Below, piece after piece: positions 59,239 to 64,000 of a stretch of DNA of 64,000 nt. The notes under the pieces are model-generated. The model was given only the letters and a program-made list of their open reading frames with translations. It made no database searches and was not told the DNA's origin. The DNA is taken from positions 444 through 64,443 of the forward strand of contig LCRO01000006.1 in the NCBI GenBank assembly GCA_001004665.1, given 5' to 3'. The position numbers and the translations under genes are program-made. The stretch is from Candidatus Adlerbacteria bacterium GW2011_GWA1_54_10 (lineage in GTDB: Bacteria > Patescibacteriota > Minisyncoccia > Phycocordibacterales > SBAW01). Each line of letters starts with the position of its first letter. Position 1 is the stretch's first letter.

Positions 59239-59712
59239 AATATCGGAAAAGAAGTTCTGGAGGCGCTAAAGGAGAAGCTGTCGCGGGATACAAAAATAGC
59301 GGAGCTCAATGTCTATATGAATAACTCGGGGGCGGCGATACGCAAAGCGGTCCCGTCAAAGAAGGCCGCGGAAAGGCTGATAGTCCTGCATGACGACCTC
59401 GACCTGCCGCTCGGCTCCGTAAAACTGTCCTTCGGCTCGGGCTCTGGAGGGCACAGGGGAGTGGAGTCTGTAATAAAAGCGCTCAAAACGCGGGATTTTG
59501 TCCGCGTCCGCATCGGCATCTCGCCCGCCACGCCCAAAGGCAAAGCAAGGCGCCCGGATCCGAAAAAAATAACGGATTTTGTTTTAGGAAAATTTAGGAC
59601 TCCTGAACTTGCGAAACTAAAAAAATCGAAAAAAACGGTTTTGGAGGCCTTGGAAATTTTGATGACAAAAGGCCTAAGCGCCGCGATGAATGAGATTAAT
59701 TCAAAACGCTGA
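59179..59712 (+). CDS. pth: peptidyl-tRNA hydrolase
   Basis: MKWIIVGLGNPG ... TRHNIG N-terminal signature. Start at the internal Met 59179. Confidence 0.9.
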   Translation: MKWIIVGLGNPGKEYFGTRHNIGKEVLEALKEKLSRDTKIAELNVYMNNSGAAIRKAVPSKKAAERLIVLHDDLDLPLGSVKLSFGSGSGGHRGVESVIKALKTRDFVRVRIGISPATPKGKARRPDPKKITDFVLGKFRTPELAKLKKSKKTVLEALEILMTKGLSAAMNEINSKR

Positions 59713-59801
59713 AAATCAAGGGTTTGACATTTAAAAACTTCAGAGTAGATTCAGATTCAGAAGTTCGTCTAATTTTTTCTTGCAACGACTAGGGGGACCC
59801 A

Positions 59802-60581
59802 ATGCGCGTTCTTATGATAGAGCCGGACTCGGCGACGTCTCAATCTTTGGAATTGATGTTGAAGTCAGAGGACTTCAACGTCTACACGACCGGCCTCGGC
59901 GAGGAGGGGGTCGATCTCGCCAAGCTCTACGACTACGACATCATCTTACTCGATCTCAACTTGCCCGATATGTCGGGCTTCGAGGTGCTACGCTCGTTGC
60001 GCGTCTCGAAGGTCAAGACCGGGGTCCTGATCCTCTCCGGGCTCGCCGGTGTGGAGGACAAGGTCAAGGGTCTTGGCTTCGGCGCCGACGACTACATGAC
60101 CAAGCCGTTCCACAAGGACGAGCTGGTGGCGCGCATACACGCCATCGTGCGCCGATGCAACGGCCATGCCCAGTCGGTCATCCAGACCGGCGACCTCGTC
60201 GTCAATCTCGGCCAGAGGACCATCGAGGTGAAGGGAAAGAGAGTGCATCTCACCGGCAAGGAGTACCAGATAATGGAACTCCTCACGCTACGCAAGGGCA
60301 CGACAATCACCAAAGAGATGTTCCTCAACCACCTCTACGGCGGCATGGACGAGCCGGAGCTGAAGATCATCGACGTGTTCATCTGCAAGTTGCGCAAGAA
60401 ACTGCGCAAAGCCAATGAAACCGACCCGATTGGGACTATCTGGGGCCGCGGCTACGTTCTGCGTGACCCCGACAGGTCCGAGGCGGACCAGATAGTCGCA
60501 CCACCGCCGGTGCCAAACGGCGGAGTGTTCGAGGAGTTCGACAGGCCTGATTCTCTGGTGCGCAGGACACGTACAGTTTAA
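59802..60581 (+). CDS. ctrA: OmpR-family response regulator with very high similarity to alphaproteobacterial cell-cycle regulator CtrA
   Basis: Receiver ([30 protein letters not shown]) plus winged-helix output (HLTGKEYQ ... [31 protein letters not shown] ... [10 protein letters not shown]). These blocks match CtrA as I recall it, over most of the length. Codon usage is strongly GC3-biased compared with neighbouring genes. Confidence 0.8.
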   Translation: MRVLMIEPDSATSQSLELMLKSEDFNVYTTGLGEEGVDLAKLYDYDIILLDLNLPDMSGFEVLRSLRVSKVKTGVLILSGLAGVEDKVKGLGFGADDYMTKPFHKDELVARIHAIVRRCNGHAQSVIQTGDLVVNLGQRTIEVKGKRVHLTGKEYQIMELLTLRKGTTITKEMFLNHLYGGMDEPELKIIDVFICKLRKKLRKANETDPIGTIWGRGYVLRDPDRSEADQIVAPPPVPNGGVFEEFDRPDSLVRRTRTV

Positions 60582-60708
60582 CGTTTCAATATGTTACGAC
60601 CGCCGCCGGGAGCAATTCCGGCGGTCTTTTTTGTTGTATAGGACGGTTTTGAATGTTATAGTGACAGAAGATGTTCGCTAACAGTCCATCAAACCCGAGG
60701 GGGATTCC

Positions 60709-61461
60709 ATGGATCAGAAAGTGCAAACCACCGAACTCCATTTCGGCGAGCGGAACGAGATCTCGTTCTTCCCGGAGAAGTGCGTCGTCATCTGCGGAGA
60801 CTCGACGGTGGCGCTCACTTCGCAGGAAAGCCTCTTCCTGCAGACAATCGCGGAGAATCGCGGGCGTATAACGAAAAAAGAGGAGATACTTCGCGTCTTG
60901 CATAAGCATAAGAGGCTCTCGAAAAAGAAGAAGCAATACGACGTGCTTGCCCACCGGACCCGCAAAAAACTCGGCAGGCAAGGCCAGCGTACACTTGTCA
61001 CGCATAAAGGTGGATACTCGCTGAGGATCCCCGAGGAAGAGTACTCGAGTAGCGTCCGTTTCGGGGACTTCCGGTACTTCCCAACCGTCGCGCTTGTGAA
61101 ATGCGCAGATAGGGAGCGCCGTCTTGCACCTGAGCGCAATGCGCTCCTGCGGGAGCTCGCAGAGTGCAAGGGAGAATTCGTCTCCAAGCTCGCACTCTTC
61201 CGCATAACCCTCGCCATGGGGCGAGGCCGGGCGAGGTCGAAGATGGTTGATGTGGTTTTGTGCCATCTGCGAGAGATACTCGACGATCTCTCGCACGACG
61301 GCGGCGATCACATCCACACCAAATGGGGGAGTTCCTACGGACTTTTCGAGGAGCGCCAACCGCGTCTGCATGCGGCCAAAAACCCGCGCGGTCCGCACAC
61401 CGGAATCCTCGAGCATATGGGGGCATTGCGAACCTTCATAATGTCCGAGGCGCGAGCGTAA
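60709..61461 (+). CDS. orphan OmpR-type winged-helix (trans_reg_C-like) DNA-binding protein with unknown C-terminal domain
   Basis: Residues ~10-105 show the trans_reg_C pattern (V.L...ESLFLQTIAENRGRITKKEEIL ... RTRKKL ... GGYSLRIP) with no receiver domain. 145-aa C-terminal region unrecognised. GC3-rich like ctrA. Confidence 0.55.
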   Translation: MDQKVQTTELHFGERNEISFFPEKCVVICGDSTVALTSQESLFLQTIAENRGRITKKEEILRVLHKHKRLSKKKKQYDVLAHRTRKKLGRQGQRTLVTHKGGYSLRIPEEEYSSSVRFGDFRYFPTVALVKCADRERRLAPERNALLRELAECKGEFVSKLALFRITLAMGRGRARSKMVDVVLCHLREILDDLSHDGGDHIHTKWGSSYGLFEERQPRLHAAKNPRGPHTGILEHMGALRTFIMSEARA

Positions 61462-62492
61462 ATTTCGGTCTGGCGCATTAGCGTAGAACCGCCGGTCGTA
61501 ATGACCGGCGGTTTTTTTGTTTTTGACATGCCCTCCTCTATCGAGGCAAGCGCGCCGTGCTTGTTGAATTTTATTACCACGCCCTCGACCTTGTCTCCTT
61601 TATTGTACTTGCCCGCCGCCGTAAGCCACGGATTTTCCTTAAGCTGTTTTACCGAGAGCGATATCTTGCCTTCTTTAATGTCTATTATCTTTACTTTTGC
61701 CCTGTCGCCCACCTTAAAGAAGTGCCTCGGGTCGTCCACGAGTCCCCAATCTATCTCGGAAATATGGACGAGACCCTCTAGGCCTTCCTCAAGCTTGACG
61801 AAGACGCCGAAGTCCACCATGCCGGTTACCTCGCCCTCTACGGTGTCGCCAACTGAATAGTTGGCTATAAGCTCGCGCTTTTCTTTGTCGTCCTGCCCCT
61901 TCTCGCTGAAAATAAGCTTGCCTTCCTTGGGGGTCGCGCCGATCATCGTTACCACGAATTTCTCTCCGACAAGCTTACGCAGTTCCTCGAGAATTTTGTC
62001 CTTGTCACCGTCTGGTATGCGTGGATAGTGCTCGGGCTTCAATTGGCTCGCCGGGAGGAACCCCTGCAGGCCCTGCCATTCGAGTATCAGCCCGCCCTTG
62101 TTAGCCTCTTTGACCGCAAGCTCGAACTGCGCCTTTGTCTTGACCGCCTCCTCCGCCTCGGCCCACAGCAAGGCCTGTCGCGCCTCCTTGAGCGAAAGCT
62201 CGATATAGCCCTCCTTGTCCGTGCCTATTACCTTGGCGGCGACGACGTCTCCGATGTTGGTGCGCTTGATAACTTCGCGCGCGTTCAGGTACTCACGCCC
62301 GTAAATAACGCCGGTGCCCCATGGCGGCAAGTCTATATAGAGTTTTGCGCGGTCGAGCGCGAGGACCTTGCCCTCGACTATATCGCCCTCTTTGGGCGGC
62401 TCTTGCGCCTGCGCGGCAAGGGCCTGCATTACCGACTCGGGTACGTCGGCTACATTCAAAGACTCCTCTTTTTCGAGTTCAGCAGTTTGCAT
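61335..62492 (-). CDS. rpsA: 30S ribosomal protein S1 (short, ~4 S1 domains); 3' end uncertain
   Basis: Repeated S1 domains (GDIVEGKV ... , GDTVEGEVTGMVDFGVFVKL, GDKVEGVVIKF...). The ORF runs with no stop through the terminator hairpin at 61488-61520 and 126 nt into the convergent gene, so the real stop is probably near 61470-61520. Confidence 0.8.
   Translation of the reverse strand: MQTAELEKEESLNVADVPESVMQALAAQAQEPPKEGDIVEGKVLALDRAKLYIDLPPWGTGVIYGREYLNAREVIKRTNIGDVVAAKVIGTDKEGYIELSLKEARQALLWAEAEEAVKTKAQFELAVKEANKGGLILEWQGLQGFLPASQLKPEHYPRIPDGDKDKILEELRKLVGEKFVVTMIGATPKEGKLIFSEKGQDDKEKRELIANYSVGDTVEGEVTGMVDFGVFVKLEEGLEGLVHISEIDWGLVDDPRHFFKVGDRAKVKIIDIKEGKISLSVKQLKENPWLTAAGKYNKGDKVEGVVIKFNKHGALASIEEGMSKTKKPPVITTGGSTLMRQTEIYARASDIMKVRNAPICSRIPVCGPRGFLAACRRGWRSSKSP
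61488..61520 (+). terminator. rho-independent terminator
   Basis: ACCGCCGGTC-GTAAT-GACCGGCGGT hairpin followed by TTTTTTTGTTTTT. Confidence 0.8.
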
Positions 62493-62602
62493 GTTTGGTT
62501 GTTGGACGGAGATCCCTGCGGGATTTACTTCCGCGCCATTAATAAAAGCCCGAAGCTCCTATTAACACTACTATATACAAAAGGGTGTTTGTTTGCAAAT
62601 TT

Positions 62603-62640
62603 TAAAAAAGTACCCCCTCACCATAGAGATGGTGAGGGGG
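62603..62640 (-). terminator. rho-independent terminator (minus strand)
   Basis: CCCCCTCACCA-TAGAGA-TGGTGAGGGGG perfect 11-bp stem, followed on the minus strand by TACTTTTTTAAAA. Confidence 0.7.
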
Positions 62641-62685
62641 CTTGGGCCCGAACGGGGACGCCAACAGGGTTCGGACCTTAGCTGG

Positions 62686-62919
62686 TTAAAATGTCGGCGG
62701 GCGGGCGCCGGGGATCTTCATCTCGGGCGGCTGGCGCCCGAGGTCGGCAGGACCTGCGCCGTTGCGCAGGCTGTCGGCCGGAGCCGGGTCGTTGAAAGTA
62801 GAAGACTGCATCTCCGGATGTGGAGCGCCCTTGGACGCGGGCAGTTTTCCATCCGCCGGACGGAAAGGCCTGGGATGTTTTAAGTTCCTATTTTCTTCGA
62901 CTTTGCTCTGACTTCTCAT
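62686..62919 (-). CDS. small Pro/Ala-rich hypothetical protein
   Basis: Sits between a divergent promoter region and the minus-strand terminator. Low complexity, so the call is weak. Confidence 0.25.
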   Translation of the reverse strand: MRSQSKVEENRNLKHPRPFRPADGKLPASKGAPHPEMQSSTFNDPAPADSLRNGAGPADLGRQPPEMKIPGARPPTF

Positions 62920-63036
62920 AGCCAGAATTCTCCTCAATTTGAAGTTGGAGGAAGTACTCGTCATCCTGCGCAGAACATGCGCGCAGGCACGAAAAACACC
63001 ATAGCACAAAAGGCTGATTTGTGCTAACATTAGAAG

Positions 63037-63654
63037 GTGGTAATCAGCTATTTAGGAGGGCAGTGCTTTAAGGTGAGTCGCGGCGATCTCACTATTTCTT
63101 ATAATCCACCCGGCAAGGAGTCTAAACTGGCCTCCGCGAAATTCGGCGCTGACATTGCGCTTATAAGTCTCGACCACGAGGACTTCAACGGCATAGAAAA
63201 CGCCTCGTACGGCGAGCGGGCGCCGTTCGTCATATCCGGTCCCGGCGAATACGAAATAAAAGGAGTCACGGTGCGCGGGTTCGGCGCGGAAACCGAATAT
63301 GGCGGGAAAAAAAGCATTAATACGATCTACAATGTTGCGCTCGAGGGCATGAATCTTTGCTTCCTCGGCGCGCAAAGCGCGTCCACGCTCCCGCAGGCGG
63401 CAAAGCAGGAGCTCGACGATATTGACATACTCTTCTTGCCCATAGGGGATGAAGGGGTGCTCGACTACGACGACGCGTACAAGCTCGCTGTACAATTGGA
63501 GCCGAAGGCGATCGTCCCGATGCACTACACGCAAGAGAGCTTGAAAAAGTTCATCAAGGAAGCCGGCGAGGAGACAAAACCGCAGGAAAAGCTTACGGTC
63601 AAAAAGAAAGACTTGGAGGGAAAGGAAGGAGAGATTATAGTGCTTACGCACTAA
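63037..63654 (+). CDS. MBL-fold metallo-hydrolase-like protein (putative)
   Basis: 205 aa with a beta-lactamase-fold pattern (ISLDHEDF ... GMNLCFLG ... DILFLPIGD ... VPMHY). Motifs are degenerate. Confidence 0.45.
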   Translation: MVISYLGGQCFKVSRGDLTISYNPPGKESKLASAKFGADIALISLDHEDFNGIENASYGERAPFVISGPGEYEIKGVTVRGFGAETEYGGKKSINTIYNVALEGMNLCFLGAQSASTLPQAAKQELDDIDILFLPIGDEGVLDYDDAYKLAVQLEPKAIVPMHYTQESLKKFIKEAGEETKPQEKLTVKKKDLEGKEGEIIVLTH

Positions 63655-63674
63655 GTATCAGGTATCAAGCAAGT

Positions 63675-63923
63675 ATGAAACGTTACCTGGAGCGCATGAA
63701 AAGCAAGGACCCGCATGAGCGGCGCGCGCACGCGATGCACATGGCCGGAGGGATGACGGCGATTATTTTTGTCGTGTGGCTTGCGACGCTTGGAGCGCGG
63801 CTTGCATCGGAAGACGGAAATCAGATAGCGGAAAACGGAGGAGAGAATCAAGTCGCAAATATTCTAAGCGGAATCGCGTCCGGAGAAAATCAGCTTTTTG
63901 TCGCGACATCGACTAGTTACTGA
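63675..63923 (+). CDS. hypothetical small membrane protein
   Basis: 82 aa, basic N-terminus, one TM helix, Gly/Asn/Glu-rich tail. Confidence 0.4.
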   Translation: MKRYLERMKSKDPHERRAHAMHMAGGMTAIIFVVWLATLGARLASEDGNQIAENGGENQVANILSGIASGENQLFVATSTSY

Positions 63924-64000
63924 CAATGGCGGACCGGAAAAGAGATAATCCGTCAACCGGCGGACGAGACGAAGAGGTCGCAGACGAAAGAGGCGGCATA

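Noticed and set aside
60586-61416. Minus-strand 276-aa ORF overlapping the winged-helix gene.
   Set aside because: The plus-strand frame has a recognisable trans_reg_C pattern and GC3-rich codon bias, while the minus frame is low-complexity. It is noted as the alternative only in the would_refute field.

Overview
This is a gene-dense, roughly 60% GC bacterial window with genes on both strands. The gene complement and architectures point to a small-genome, CPR/Patescibacteria-like organism (inference): short FtsZ, ValS and RpsA; sortase with an LPXTG substrate; type IV pilin-like and DUF1573 proteins; TsaD with an insertion; RNase J; GroES with an N-terminal extension. Housekeeping genes include mazEF-prfB, ftsEX, pyrG, bipA, a DEAD-box helicase, groESL, lemA, htpX, murJ, lepA, ftsB, valS, tsaD, trxB, ftsZ-ftsA-ybeY-rpsU, lepB, pth and rpsA. 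There is a csoR-copA copper operon with a recognisable CsoR operator and a downstream thiol/Cys-rich membrane cluster. I found seven tRNAs (Gln, Ser-GGA, Gly, Arg, Phe, Val, Ser-CGA) and RNase P RNA. Findings worth a second look: (1) a two-gene island carrying a response regulator that looks nearly identical to alphaproteobacterial CtrA, plus an orphan winged-helix protein, in GC3-rich codon usage; (2) a 1.5 kb element with 75-bp perfect terminal inverted repeats and a large serine recombinase inserted 16 bp from tRNA-Phe; (3) a diverged ~250-bp repeat family in three copies, two of them forming an inverted pair around a hypothetical gene next to mazEF; (4) a tRNA-Gly to tRNA-Arg interval with a hairpin cluster, a GC-rich gene fragment and iteron-like repeats; (5) an FNR-like FAD/NAD domain fused to a PAS histidine kinase. 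Several conserved genes (bipA, lepA, lepB, a cupredoxin-like gene, hisS) are interrupted, mostly at homopolymer runs, which could reflect sequencing/assembly error or gene decay. No CRISPR arrays were seen.
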